The notes: a model not told the origin generated them from the sequence alone. DNA of 64,000 nt from Podarcis liolepis (GCA_965112155.1 OZ218102.1), one strand, 5' to 3'; shown: positions 1-13,024, counted from the first letter of the stretch. A program made the numbers and translations.

Positions 1-398
1 AGCAGCACTAGGGATCCGGCAGGCTGCAGTGGAGACCTAGATACAACAGGGAAGACTCAAAAAGCAAATGGCATGAGGTTGGGCCAGGAAACCACAGAGC
101 AGTAACTTAAAGGAGAGAAGACACGGCTTCATGTTCTCTTTAGGTTCTTGACTTGTCCAAAGAATTAAACAAACACAGAGTGGAGGCAGGAATGAGAGGC
201 AAAGGAAGTAGGGAAATCGAGATGCAACAGTTTGGAAATATTGTACCTAAAACACAGAGAAAGAGCTTTAATGTTGTTGTTGGCCTTCTGAGAAAGAGAG
301 GGCGTGATGGAGCAGAAGGGGGTCATCTCTTAAATGGGAATGAAAGCTGGAGCAGGCAGTTTTCAAGATCTAATCTGGCATCTCCTCTTTTCTTCCAG

Positions 399-603
399 GT
401 AAAATGTGAGGCTAAATTGCCTTTGCACAAAACCAAAAATAACAACAGCAACTGTAAAAAGGGCTCAAGCGAGGATAAATCAAAGGTTTCTGTAGGTGAA
501 GAATGCAGAGCGGATGAACAGGCATTCCTTGTGGCACTTTATAAATATATGAAAGAAAGAAAAACACCAATTGAACGAATACCCTACCTTGGTTTTAAGC
601 AGA
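399..603 (+). CDS. ARID5B: ARID5B coding exon (about exon 6), N-terminal part of the ARID domain
   Basis: Acceptor tctcctcttttcttccAG ends at 398; donor A|GTAAGT starts at 604. Translates VKCEAKLPLHKTKNNNSNCKKGSSEDKSKVSVGEECRADEQAFLVALYKYMKERKTPIERIPYLGFKQ, the recognisable ARID5B/MRF2 ARID start. Phase 0 in, phase 1 out. Confidence 0.97.
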
Positions 604-1965
604 GTAAGTAGAATTTTCATTGCATTTTTGGTTTGAAATTTTAGAACAGTTTGGCTTCTGGGGTTGATCGGCTTGATAAGGTGGGACAACTTTGTGGACA
701 GATATGGCCCTCTTTAGCTTTCTCTTTGTCTCTTCTTTTGCACTGTACATTTACTATAAAACTAATTGTCAGGATCTAGAGCTTTATAGGCATTGAGATT
801 TCCCCTCCCGCCCTTTGAGCAGAAACCCCACCACCAATGCCATAAAGCAAATGACTTTTAAAAGTCTTCTCGGTTTTCAAAGTGGTTTGCCGTGTGGATT
901 TGGGAGGTGTGGGGGGGACGGGGGGGGATGCTGTTTGAGAAACAGTATCCCAAAGCTCCCATAGGCACAACGAGGAGATCTTTGTATGTCAGCCAGTAAA
1001 AACCTTAAAAAGGAAAACACATACATACATACATGCACACTGGGACCTTTGAAACGAGAGTTGTTGTCATTGTGTTTATATCCACCAATACATTTTTCCA
1101 TCCCCTATCTTGCAGTTTCTCTTCATTTTGGGCAACTGCTGGTGGAAATTTATAGTTTTAAAATACACTGCTTGCGATCAGAACCTGGCATGTTTAAAAA
1201 GGTTCCTGCTCTCCCTCTCCTTTTGATAAATACTGCAGCTAATGTCTTCCCTTGAATTAATAATACGACATACTTTTATTGTACCCAGATGTTCCTTCGG
1301 GGGGGGGGGGAGTCCCACAGATATAAAAGGAAGGCATCTAAAGGTGGCCAGAAAGTAGGTGAAGGAGGTCACAGAGTATAAAAATAGACAAGATCTGTTT
1401 AAAGACATCATAGCACAATGCTAAGGATTGCTTTGGAAAGAGCACTTTTTGAGTCAGTGCTTATAAAAGCAACAATTGATAGAGAACATGCAACTGTAAT
1501 TAAATTTTGCATAAACATTCTATAGCATGGAAGAATGAACATCGCAAACGATGAAAGGTGTGCTTTTAATAGCCTATAAGGCATCTAAATTATTATAAAG
1601 GGAGGAATGCCTTACATGGAAATATGACTTTCTCAAACCTATCTTCCCAGATTAAATGTGTATGTTATTTTGATGAAGAATGTCAAACCTCTATGTTTTA
1701 CATAACAATTTACATACCTAATAGCAATTGACACTGATTGCAACAGACCTCTAGCAGTCATTATAAACTTATATAACTCCAAAATGATTACAATGTTTGC
1801 CTGAAAAACCGGCTGCTTGAAATAGAAGTAAAATTAATGTACTATGAACAGCTTTGTTGCATTATGCATTTGATTCCGATTAAATCAAGGCCCGAGCAAA
1901 GCTCTTGATAGCTCAGGGAGAGTGCAAGGTTCAGTGAAGCTTTTTATTTAGAACATTTTGAGATG

Positions 1966-1967
<2 letters not shown>

Positions 1968-1997
<30 letters not shown>
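1968..1997. repeat. (GT)n microsatellite
   Basis: Read directly. Confidence 0.95.
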
Positions 1998-2000
<3 letters not shown>

Positions 2001-3938
2001 GTTAATTCCCCCCCCCCTTATTTGTCACTAACAAAGAGGCACATTTTTAAAAGCAGGTATTTATTGGGTCTCAATTTCCCAGCGTTGCCATGAGATCACT
2101 CTGCAACATGTAGCTGAGATAAACTGACTTGTTTGATATTCAGCAATGTGCCTCATGTTTCCTCAGAGCAAGATTACTCAGGAGTAACTGAGCTGCTGGC
2201 CAGGAGTAGTCGCTGTGTTTGTCTACCTTGACATGTGTAAACACATGAGTAGGAAGAACCAGTTTAAATAATATAATTCCTCTGTTGCTGAATAAGTACA
2301 GTGAATGTTCTTTGCTGTGCTGTGTGGTTCAATAATGAGTACTACTCCCTGGGGAACACCCATAATTTATGTAATATTTTGGAGGCAATTCATACAGCAC
2401 CATTATGAGAAGCTCTTTGATGGGGTAAAGGGAGAAAAAAAAATGCAGTCGAACCTATTTTACTGCATTCTGTAGTTCTCTCATTACAGAGGATTCTAAA
2501 AGTGCTTGGCCCCTTACCCCCTTTAAACTTAAAAGGAAACCTTCATTAAAAGAGACAGTTGGATTAAAGTGCAGATATACAGACAATTTAAAAATAAGTC
2601 ATGATCATATAGGGAGGTATAATCACATCAAAATATATTGATTTATGTCTATCTCTCTAGCTAAGCTCTTTGACATGAGTTCAATAGCCAACAAATGGCA
2701 TCCACTTCATGTGGAATGATGGGATTTGCACCCTTCCTTAGCTCAAATGTTAAAGATATTCATTTTTGCCAGCTCTGTAGTGGACCAAGCTTTAGTTAGG
2801 CATTCTGAAATGTCCACAACCATTGGTATTTTGGGTGCTTGAGGACGTTTGTGCCAGCGTAAACCAAAATTCTGCAAACCATCCCATCTAACCATGTCAG
2901 TCAAATTTGATCCATTAGAGACTTAGTTTGGCACCAATCAACAGCAGGGATGGTTTGAAACAACCAGTGCAGAGACAGCTGTGCATTTTATGCTAGTTGC
3001 AAAATGGGGATGACAGCAGGAAACAGGCAACGCACTCCTGGTGGCAGATGTTATGTACAAGACACCCATGCCTGGGATCTGGACCATGGGGCTATAAATG
3101 TTCCCACCAGTGGAAGTTCCCCATAGGGCTTCCCCTACTTTCAAGAGTTTCATAGATGAGTGCAGGGGCAGCATGACTTTGCAAGGAACACGCCTGGCTA
3201 TTGGGGAGCGCTAACACTTTTGGGAGGTCCACATAAGACAGTGCATGATCTGTGAGACCTCAAGACCTCTTGAGATGGTTTAGACTCTGAGAAAGCTGGG
3301 GTGCAGTTGTATGGGAGATCTTGATATTCCTCACCCTGCAGGCTACATTCATGATGAAATGAGCTGCTCCACTTGTAGAAGCTTGTTTCCTCATGTGGAA
3401 GAGGATCTCTGGATCCCAGCCAAGGTCTCTTATCTGAGTGGCAGTAAATACTTGTTTAATCAAGGACTGCTTTGTGAATGCACTCCAGTTTCCTGCTACA
3501 TTAACTAAATGACATTTTAAAAATAATGCTCTTTCTAATAACTATGTTAGTTTTATATAGGAACATATAATGCAAAGCTTATTTCGTGTGTTTTGTTTTT
3601 TATGCTGTTTGTTTTATATCCTGGAAGTGAATTTAAGCTCAGTAAAAAAAAAAAAATCTTTTATATCTGTAACTGTATCTCAGAGAAATGTTTTCCCTTG
3701 TGATTTTAAGAAAGGAATGGTATATGTGCAAAGCCAATGTTTACTCTTTGAATTATGTAAATGTCATTTGCAGATTGTTTGTGTTTCTCCCCCCCCCCAA
3801 AAAAAAACCTTTTTGTGTGCGTAGATGTGATTGTTATCTTCTTGCTTCACTGTGAAAGAAAAACTGTTTGATTTGCATTTCTTTGAAAAAAGTTGGTTAA
3901 TGCAATGCTTATCTAAATACTTATTGTCCCTCTAACAG

Positions 3939-3991
3939 TTAACCTTTGGACTATGTTTCAAGCTGCTCAAAAACTGGGAGGATATGAAACA
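3939..3991 (+). CDS. ARID5B: ARID5B 53-bp coding exon (about exon 7), ARID domain
   Basis: Not in the ORF track. tctaacAG|TT AAC CTT TGG ACT ATG TTT CAA GCT GCT CAA AAA CTG GGA GGA TAT GAA ACA|GTAAGT gives (I)NLWTMFQAAQKLGGYET. Phase 1 in matches the previous exon. Confidence 0.97.
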
Positions 3992-4109
3992 GTAAGTGTT
4001 TAAGTAACTTAAATGGGAAAAAAATGTGTAATCTAGCTTTCCCCTGTTCGGGGTGGTGTTTCTTTTTCTCAAACACACACACATAGACACACACAGGAAA
4101 TAACAATGT

Positions 4110-4112
<3 letters not shown>

Positions 4113-4152
<40 letters not shown>
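4113..4152. repeat. (AC)n microsatellite about 120 nt downstream of the 53-bp exon
   Basis: Read directly; further CA-rich runs at 4073-4094. Confidence 0.95.
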
Positions 4153-4154
<2 letters not shown>

Positions 4155-5324
4155 GGGTTATTGGGTCCTTTTTTAGAAAAAGCCCCAATTAGTTCCAGGT
4201 TTGGCAAAACTGTAAACTTGTTGAAGAAGAAAAAAACACTTCTTGAGTGGAAAACATGTGTAACTCTTCCCTGTCAAGGAAATTGGTTGGGTCTGTAATT
4301 TTTTCCCATGTTGAGAAAGGGCTATTCTTGTACAACAAGCCAAGATTGCATAAAATGAAATTTCACTTGGCATAGTCCCTGACATCTGTTCATGTTGGAA
4401 TATGGGAAATGTATTAAATGCTTTCAAAAGTAATCAGCGTTGTCCATTAAGGAATAGCTTGGTGCAGTATCTTTCTTTACTGTGAATAGTAAAAGATCTT
4501 TATTAGACAAGGGTCAGTGCCACATAAACAGGAAGTTATCCAAAGTATAAAGGCAAGGGGGGAGGGAAGCGGAATACTCTGACACTTTTTATCAACTAAC
4601 CATATCTGACATGGCCACTTTATTTTTAGCTCACAGGGAAATTTGATGGTTGCGGATTTTACAGCATGTATTCCAAACCAATAAAACGTTGGAGCAACAA
4701 ACTGCGATTAAGATCTTGAAACGAGAAGAAAGAGCTGCTTTAATATGGCATATAAAGATGGCATCTGCAATAAAGCCCATTTGACATAAGACGATCGTCA
4801 TTGGGAATATTTCCCCAGCCCATAATGCTCAGATTAGGTTGTGCATTTCCTGCCACAGTTGAATGCAAAAAACATATTTAAATAGCTAGCTAGCTAGATA
4901 TATTTATTTGTTTTGCTTTGTTCACTGAGTATAAATCTGGGCTGCATCTATTCCATAATGAAGTAACAGAGAACACAAAAGCTGAAATTAATTTAAGCTG
5001 AAATGTAATCACTCTGGTATTTGTCCCATAGAACAAAGGCTGTTGTGTCATTTTAATGCCTGTGCAGTTAGCTAACATATCTATGGTTGTGAAATAGTAA
5101 TCACATACAGGTATTGGTAGCTTTAGTTGACTTTCTTTGGTTTGCATCTGATCTGAGTGCCTGATTCTGTGCTTGTTTACTTGGGAGTTAACTCAACTCT
5201 AATTTATTTAAATTTATTCACTACATTGGGTACACCAAATAGCTGTTGTACAGAAAACATCGAAAACTAAATATACTAAAACAACAATAATAAAACTAAA
5301 GCAGAACTTCTTATTTAAGCACTA

Positions 5325-5685
5325 GGTAAAGGTAAAGGTACCCCTGCCCGTATGGGCCAGTCTTGCCAGACTCTAGGGTTGTGCACTCATCTCACTCTAT
5401 AGGCCGGGAGCCAGCGCTGTCTGCAGACACTTCCGGTTCACGTGGCCAGCGTGACAAGCTGCATCTGGCGAGCCAGTGCAGCACATGGAACGCCGTTTAC
5501 CTTCCCGCTGGTAAGCGGTCCCTATTTATCTACTTGCACCCGGAGGTGCTTTCGAACTGCTAGGTTGGCAGGCACTGGGACCAAACGACGGGAGCGCACC
5601 CTGCCGCGGGGATTCAAACCGCCGACCATGCGATCGGCAAGTCCTAGGCGCTGAGGTTTTACCCACAGCGCCACCCGCGTCCCTC
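5325..5685 (-). mobile_element. Full-length Sauria-type SINE (tRNA-related head, (ACCTTT)n tail)
   Basis: Reverse complement begins GGGACGCGGGTGGCGCTGTGG with A/B-box-like motifs and ends ACCTTTACCTTTACC. 12-bp target-site duplication (TSD) ATTTAAGCACTA at 5313-5324 and 5686-5697. Confidence 0.92.
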
Positions 5686-7072
5686 ATTTAAGCACTAAGG
5701 AAGGCTTAAAAAAAGTCTAGCCAATCAGCTGATAATGCAAGCATTAAAAGTATTCTTTAAGTTTTACTTTGAAGTAAGGATGTATATGATTCCAATGTGC
5801 TAACCTTTGGAAAGTTTCGCTTCTGTTACAGTTTTTGGTGTTCAGAGGCTTTATTCATGCAGGAACTATTTACAGTAGAGATGAGAGAGAATAGAAGACA
5901 TATTTTCTCAACAAGTAGGGAGAGAGAAAAATGGCACAGCTTTTAGGGTTGGAGTTAACTTAGACAGAGAGTTACAAACAAGTGTTGGCTAGATTGCTAG
6001 AGAAGCAGTGCTCTCTTGTGGTTTAAAGTAACATATGCATTAGCTGGAAGCTCATGAGAAGGAAATTTTATTTGCCTTTCTCCAACACTTCTGGGCAAAT
6101 GCTATTAGAAAGTGAAATTAGGCAAGTCTGTTAAGTTGGAGCCATCAAGTTAATGACACGCCTTAAATCTTGGCCCTTACATTGTTCCAGATTTTATATT
6201 CAAATAAGTGGGTAGTTTACACACAAAAAACAGCAGCAAAGTAAGATAAAATATGGAGTAGTGACGAAGAGAAGTCAAGATAGCCTTTGAAGTTATTTCT
6301 AACAATCTGGCCATTTGGGGTGCCATCTTACGTAATGTATTCAATGCAACTTTCTCCCTGAAAGGATTTCTGCCTTAGTCTATTAAAACGGCTAAAAATA
6401 TTTGTATAAACCCTCTTCCCAGATGTTGCATAACTTGTTAACCTTCATCATGCTTATCCAATGTAAAACTATAGTTTTCTCCTTAAATGCCACATTCATT
6501 GTATTTTTCACACCATGTTACAACCTTTGAGCCATTCTTCTTTCCAGTAGAGTGAAACTTACAAATTGAGATTTCATAATGCGCAGGATTTAGCAGTTCT
6601 GATTTAAGCTTTCATCACTTTGACCAAACTAAGCTTAAGGGGCTGTCTGCCCAGCCAGCAAGCAGTTCGTGTTCTGCTGCAAACAATTCAACTAAAGCAA
6701 GCATACGAGAAAGCTTCCCTGATCTGAGCAGGAATGATGAGGCAGAGGATACAGGATGCTGATACTAGCACCACTCCTGCATATACACAGATTGAACAAG
6801 ATTCTGATGCCCATATTTTCCCTTCTGCTTTGCGGCACGCCTACTGTCAGCAACAGCTTTTCAGTGGGACAGAAGGGGTTCCTAGTTTGAAAGGGTGCCT
6901 CTGAAAACCTAGTGCATGTGCAGCCCATTAGTTTCCAGCATAATTCAGATAAGAAGTGTTGGATACACTTCAGCATGCACCTAATAGAGATCCAAGTGGC
7001 AGATTTGCATTGGTACTCGTATACTCCTAATTCACACCCCACATTTGTTTGTTTGGTTGGTTGGTTGATATT

Positions 7073-7562
7073 CCGTATTTTTCACTCTATAAGACACACA
7101 TTTTCCCCTCCAAAAATTAAGGGGAAATGTGTGTGCGTCTTATGGAGCGAATGCAGGCTCCTTGGCTTCAGTGATAGCAATGCGAAGCCTCCGAAGTGCA
7201 GTGGGAGCGCTCCCGCCGTGCTCCGGAGGCTTCGCGTTGCTTTTGCTGAAACCTGGAAAGCGAGAGGGGTCAGTGCGCACTGACCCCTCTCGCTCTCCAG
7301 GCTTCAAAGATAGCCGCCTGAAGTCTTCCCGCTGCACTCCGGAGGCTTCAGGTTCCTTTCACTGAAGGGTAGGTGCCCCTTCAGCTAAGGCGCAGCGTCC
7401 CTTCAGCTAAGTGGGAGGAGAAATGGAAGGGGCTCCATTTCTCCTGCTGCTTCGCTGAAGGGGTGCTGCACAGAGAGGCGGAGATTTTCTTTTTCTTGTT
7501 CTCCCCCTCTAAAACAAGGTGTGTCCTATGGTCGGGTGTGTGCTATAGAGCGAAAAATATGG
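7073..7562. mobile_element. Tc1/mariner-superfamily MITE with internal palindromes
   Basis: TIRs CCGTATTTTTCACTCTATA and TATAGAGCGAAAAATATGG with TA on the right flank. Same ends as 52949-53196. Confidence 0.85.
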
Positions 7563-8871
7563 TATGCTCCTTTCTGTTTGTTATTTAGGCGTAAGGGTCA
7601 ATAATCTTTTGGTGTTGTTGCTTTTACTGAGGCCTTCTCTATGCTAGAAAATTATTGTGGAGTTCTGAATTCAGAACAACATATGCTGGCATGAGCTGCT
7701 TAAGAATTCTAGTTGAATTTAGATAGTGTTATCCTTTTGGGAATTATAGTTGTGCATGATAACCTAAATGTCTGAAACGGGGACTGCCAAATGTCTGTAG
7801 ATGACAGTGGTCCATGATGTCTGATTTATTGCCTCAGGCAGTTGTCCAGCTGTGGGAGTCAAGATGGGGGCTGATAAGTCCAGCTCAGGTTGGCTATTGC
7901 CAACTAAACATTGGTTATCTCTTAACTTGAACATGTGAGCTCATTTTCCATTGAATGGATGTGCCACAGGCTGGAGACAGATGTAAAATACAAACAATAG
8001 AGAAAAGCGGTTTTTCCTGATGACTCAGAGTAAATGCCTTATTTCCTTCAGAGTTAACATGAAATCAGTGTTTTGGAAGTAATACTGTCGCACTGGAGGC
8101 ATCTCTCCCCCAAAGCCTTTACACTAGATTCAGAATCAGGCTCCTGGGCATCATTCATCATTTTAAATCAAATGATATCTATACTGACACTATTTCCAAC
8201 AATCTTCTGATTGCCCCCAAGATTCGTTTTTGAATTTGCATTGGCCGTGGAGGTGTTCTCTGTTTCAGAAACCACCCCATTGCACGATCTTAATTGCATA
8301 CCATCAGCTTGTGTCTGCTTTTTGACTCAACAGATGCTTGCTCTTCAGTGGGGTATCAGGCTACACCTGCAGTTCGTCAGATTTACTTGTACAGAGTTTT
8401 GAGGTGCAGTGTGTACATAAGAATTGCCCTAGTTGATCAAGCCAGGTGTCCATAATGCATCTGGTCATGGAGAATCCATTTAGCTATGGATGTCTTGGAG
8501 ATGCTCTTATGTGGCGACAGCTTTCACTGTCTTGATTAGGCCTATCGTTATGGCGTCATCTGATAAGAGTCATGGGCAGTGGTGAGGAATTTGACCAGGA
8601 ACATAATAATAAAAGCAATAAGCTTCAATGAAGGTGTGTTCATTGAAATATTCCCCTGCTGTCAAAATGTTACAGTACAGTCAGATCAGAGCTGATCCAG
8701 TTCATAGCAAGTTTAAACTGAGAGAGAGATTTTAATGTAGCTGGAATTGGACAGTAGCGTGTCCATCCCACACCCAAATGGAGGTGAGGGGATGCCAAAC
8801 AGCTCAATGGTGGCTGACTGTGCTCAGTTGGCATGGAATGCTGATTTGCTTTGGGGAGTGGGGTGGAATGA

Positions 8872-9018
8872 ATCATAGAATCATAGGACTCTAGAGTTGG
8901 AAGGGACTGTGCAGGTCATCTAGTCCAAATCCCTGCAATGCATAATTTTTTTTGCCTAAGGTGGGGCTTAAACCCACAACCCTGGGATTAAAAGTCTCAT
9001 GCTCCACCATCTGAGCTA
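8872..9018 (-). mobile_element. tRNA-Lys(CTT)-derived SINE with CR1-type 3' tail
   Basis: Reverse complement reads TAGCTCAGATGGTGGAGCATGAGACTTTTAATCCCAGGGTTGTGGGTTTAAGCCCCAC, a degenerate tRNA-Lys. This is followed by ...GGACTAGATGACC...CCCTTCCAACTCT...CTATGATTCTATGA. Confidence 0.85.
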
Positions 9019-9519
9019 TGAATGGAATGGCTGGATCCCTGAAGAGTAAAACTACAGATTGCAGTATTTTGTTGCAGGGCCCCACTTATACCATCTTAGT
9101 ATCTCTCTCTTTCAGAGTTGCCCCCTTTCTGTTTTAATCTGCTGCCATTTAAAACCAACCATATAAGTTTCTTCTTAAAGATGAAAGTAGTGGAGCCTCC
9201 CTTGCAGAGCAGGGTAGCTCTAATGGGCTATAACATTTCCCGATTTTAATTAGATCCATCCCAATAAATCTGAGAAAATGCAGAGGTAATAATAATAATC
9301 CAAAGACATATACTCAGGTGATTCTTTAACACAGTAAATTCCCACCTGTTTCAAACTTGCCCAGATGGCTCTTTGGGGAAAATTTAAATTATAGTAGGCT
9401 TTGAACCCATTCTATTCTGTCATATTCCTTTTTCTGTGGAGAGACTGACAGCTTTAAGCAAGTCTCAGCTGTTATGATTGAGAGCTACGACCTCAGAACA
9501 AATCTTTAAATAACAAATA

Positions 9520-9684
9520 GTAAGAGCTGTTTAGCAGTGGAACAGACTCCCATGAGAGGTGGTGGACTCTCCAGCCATGGAGGCAGAGGTTGGATGGCCA
9601 GCTGTCATAGATGCTTTGTTGAGATTCCTGCATAGCAGGGGGTTGAAATGGATGACCGTTGGGGTCCCTTCCATTGCTACAGAT
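9520..9684 (+). mobile_element. CR1 LINE 3'-end fragment
   Basis: GTAAGAGCTGTTTAGCAGTGGAACAGACTCCC...GTGGTGGACTCTCC...AGATTCCTGCATAGCAGGGGGTTGAAATGGATGACC...GGTCCCTTCC. This is a typical CR1 ORF2 end plus 3' UTR, and it shares its tail with the tRNA-Lys SINEs. Confidence 0.75.
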
Positions 9685-9880
9685 ACCATGTGCAAATATT
9701 GTTGCACCTTTAAGCAGAAACAGAGGGACACATATGAATTAGAACAGATTGTCTTGAATCAAATATCAAAAATGAACATTACAGGTGGTGTTCTCTTTAT
9801 AGTCTTTTAAGACCAGGTTTCCAGAAGGCACACTTTAATTACTTAAATTTAACCATGGGGAGAATATTGATCACCTAGAT

Positions 9881-9993
9881 CAGGCACGGCCAAACTTGGC
9901 CCTCCAGATGTTTTGGGACTACAGCTCGCATCATCCTAGCTAACAGGACCAGTGGTCTCAAAACATCGGGAGGACCAAGTTTGGCCATGCCTG
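9881..9993. mobile_element. hAT (Charlie-like) MITE
   Basis: TIRs CAGGCACGGCCAAACTTGG and CCAAGTTTGGCCATGCCTG. Perfect 8-bp TSD ACCTAGAT at 9873-9880 and 9994-10001. Confidence 0.92.
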
Positions 9994-12926
9994 ACCTAGA
10001 TAAAGTTCACTGTTCTTTGGTGATCGTTGCAGTGGAAACAGGGAAACATTGCAATAACATTGCAATGAATGGGTTACTGTCTGTATTAATATGGGAAGAC
10101 AGAATATGAGCTTGGCATTTCCATTGCAGCTTCGAGCAAAGATTGCACTGAAGAAGCCTTTTACGATAGAAGGAAAATGACACTTTTATCTAGCAATAAG
10201 TTGTCCAAACTTTAAACAACAGTTGGAAGCATACTGCATTTTCCAGTATGAAAGTGAAATTTGTATAGAACAGCTGAGCACAACTTGTGGCCCATCAAGC
10301 CAAATGGAGCTTGTCAAGTATTAGTAGCTTGGCCTGCCAGGTGTTTGAGACAGTCCATGTTTTTGCAATTCCAGACAAGCGGCAAAGCAGTAAGCTCACT
10401 GAGCCCCTGGTGTGATGCTCTACTTGGCTAGTGGGCTGAATTTGACTTGTAGAGTTGCACTGTGTTAGTTTGGAGTGGAATACAGAATAGTCGGAGAGCA
10501 GCAGGGGGCAGCGGTAGGGATCCTGACGGTATGTCTGCTCCCCATATCGCACTAGCACAAAGGAAAAATGGGGGAAAGACTTTGTTAAAAGGCTGCTAAT
10601 GGAAGGAAAATCTAGTGTCGATTTGTGAGCAATCATGCCCTAAATATAATGGTGGCAGGGATTTCTGAACTTTCCAGAAAAAAAGTTTGCTTCGTTCATA
10701 TCCTTTAAGAAGATTATGACATCGGGCGTTAGGCCTTATTTTTTAAAAAATTAAATAAGGCATGATGTCAAGACTTCCAGGAACTGGGTCTTTCATCACC
10801 ACGTCAGCATAACTTAGCATAATCACTATGGTAAATAAGTGGTGCTGGCCTATTGATTTCAGAGCAGGCATGACTGCCAAGAGAAACTGAATCTGAATTA
10901 GTAAAAAAAGAGAGAAGTGTTCTATTAAACATTTCCACACCTTAAATTGTAATACTCACAGATGGGGGAGAGGAGCATCCATTCTGTTAAAAGTGTGCAT
11001 TTACATTCGGGTTATTCACTTTTAACTGAATAAGTGCAGTGAGACCAACCAAACAGCCATTTTCCACCTTGATCTTCAAAACTAGTCACGCTTGGCACAG
11101 AATCCAAGACGGGCTGATACTGACTTCCTTGTCACTTCATTTCTCTGAGCCATAGTGGGCTTGAATGAACACTCTCTCGTACCTACCGCAAGAGCGATTT
11201 CAACCTCCAGGGATAATCAAAACACAATGTTCTTGTTCCATGCCTGCCTCTTGGCTAATCTGCCCTGTTGCGCCACTGTGCCCATTTCTGTCTGTGGTGT
11301 GTGCAGAAATGGGTCTGTAGATTGTGTGCACCTCCCCATATGGGAGTCCTGGATTTGCCAGTTTTGCCCCATGCACTCTAGATCTGGTGGGATATTGTGC
11401 GCCAGGAGCCCTTGTTTCTTTGTACACAATATCCCCACAGCGTGTGGAGGGAGGATCGTGGGATCCGGGTGTGTGTACATGCCATTTCTACAGTCCTTTA
11501 AGTTGAAAAAAAAACCAAAACAGCTTTGCAGATAAGTTGTAACTGAATATTTAATTTCCCCACACAGAAGACAGTTTTATCAAGGTTTTAGGTTATTTCA
11601 TACTACTGATGAACAAATAGGCATTTTTGATTTAATCGGCATCTAGAAGTAGGCGGTGGTTATGTCTAATGAGAACAAAACAAAGATAAGCTTCAAGGAT
11701 GTTTCTCTGAAATTATAACATTACCAAATAACATGTCTTTTGCCTTTGAAGCTGGGTTTCTGAAAAGGAAGCATTTTATCTTTATGCAGAGCAGGAAAAG
11801 CATCATTTACCCTATAATATTTAACTGCTCCACTCATCTGCTCTTTTTAAGATTAAAATTACAGGCCCCCAGATTGCAAGTTTTGATATTTGTTTTCTTT
11901 TGATTGCTGCCTTTGGCTCCTTAGTGAACTTCATCAGCAGCACTGTGGGTAACTGTAAAGAATTCTGTGGGACTCTCTATTAAGCACCACAGCATTCCAC
12001 AAAAATGACAAAATTCACTCAGAATTTATTTTTAAAACATCCTTTCCAAGCAATTTCCCACAACATGCCCCCACTTTTTAAATTGCATGCAGAAAAAGGT
12101 TGACTATTACCATGCTTTGCCTCTCAGGATCCTGTTTTTCTTCCTGTTAAGACTATAGAAAATAATGAAGTGGAATTCAGAACAATTATTTTGCCAGGTC
12201 TTGTATCTATTATTCTTTTGGCCCCATTTTTCTGTGCAACGTTCCTCCCCACCAAAAAAACATAACTTGCAAGTTAATATTTTATAAGATGTTTATTTTC
12301 TTCCATTTAGCCAAATAACTCAGATATTAACATTGGATAGTGTTTAGATTTCACTACCATTTGAACTATATATTTTACTGACGCAGACGGATGAAAATAA
12401 ACAGCTTGTAACATATAGAGTTACAGGCTGTGAGTCTATGTGGATTTAGGGGAGCCTGTGATGGATTAAGGGTTTGCAATGGATTCATTTTCACTAACTC
12501 AGTTAAAATAACTATGTAATCATTATTTGTGCTTAGTTTGAGATTCATTTTCATAATTTACCAAGGGATTTGTCTGCATACATTTTGATGCTTAATGGCC
12601 CTCAATTGATTGAAGTTCCTTTTCAAGAAATCGTACACACAAAATAGCAAAATTGCTTGATAATGAGACAGCAGTAAAACCCAATTGTACAAAAAAAAGA
12701 GAGAAAGGTTTATGTGAAGCAAATGTGAAAAATGTCTCTCTCTCTTTTGCTTTTAAAAGAGCCATAGATACATATTCAATCCGTTCTACAGGGGATTTAA
12801 CAATGCTTGTAGTACATGGCGTTCTAAATGTCTCACATATACATTTGTTGCTGTGAATTCAAACGCTGCACACACACAAATATCTGTAAAGATGCAAGAT
12901 TAAATTTTCCATTGCCACTTTTACAG

Positions 12927-13024
12927 ATAACAGCCCGCCGACAATGGAAACATATTTATGATGAATTAGGTGGTAACCCTGGGAGCACAAGTGCAGCCAC
13001 GTGTACTCGTAGACATTATGAAAG
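12927..13024 (+). CDS. ARID5B: ARID5B 98-bp coding exon (about exon 8), ARID domain
   Basis: cttttacAG|ATA ACA GCC ... TAT GAA AG|GTAAGA gives ITARRQWKHIYDELGGNPGSTSAATCTRRHYE(R). Phase 0 in, phase 2 out. Confidence 0.97.

Noticed and set aside
153-398. N-terminal part of the 152-aa ORF
   Set aside because: Starts at TTG and lies upstream of the clear acceptor at 398. It is intronic sequence that happens to be in frame.
5363-5654. Similar short ORFs at 5363-5654, 15855-16237 and 24587-24850 resembling a gene family
   Set aside because: They are translations of copies of the same non-coding SINE.
6734-6807. C/D-box snoRNA-like layout (ATGATGA ... CTGA ... CTGA, 74 nt)
   Set aside because: Weak terminal stem, no clear C' box and no rRNA or snRNA complement that I recognise. 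Such box pairs are expected by chance in 64 kb. snoscan or Rfam would settle it.
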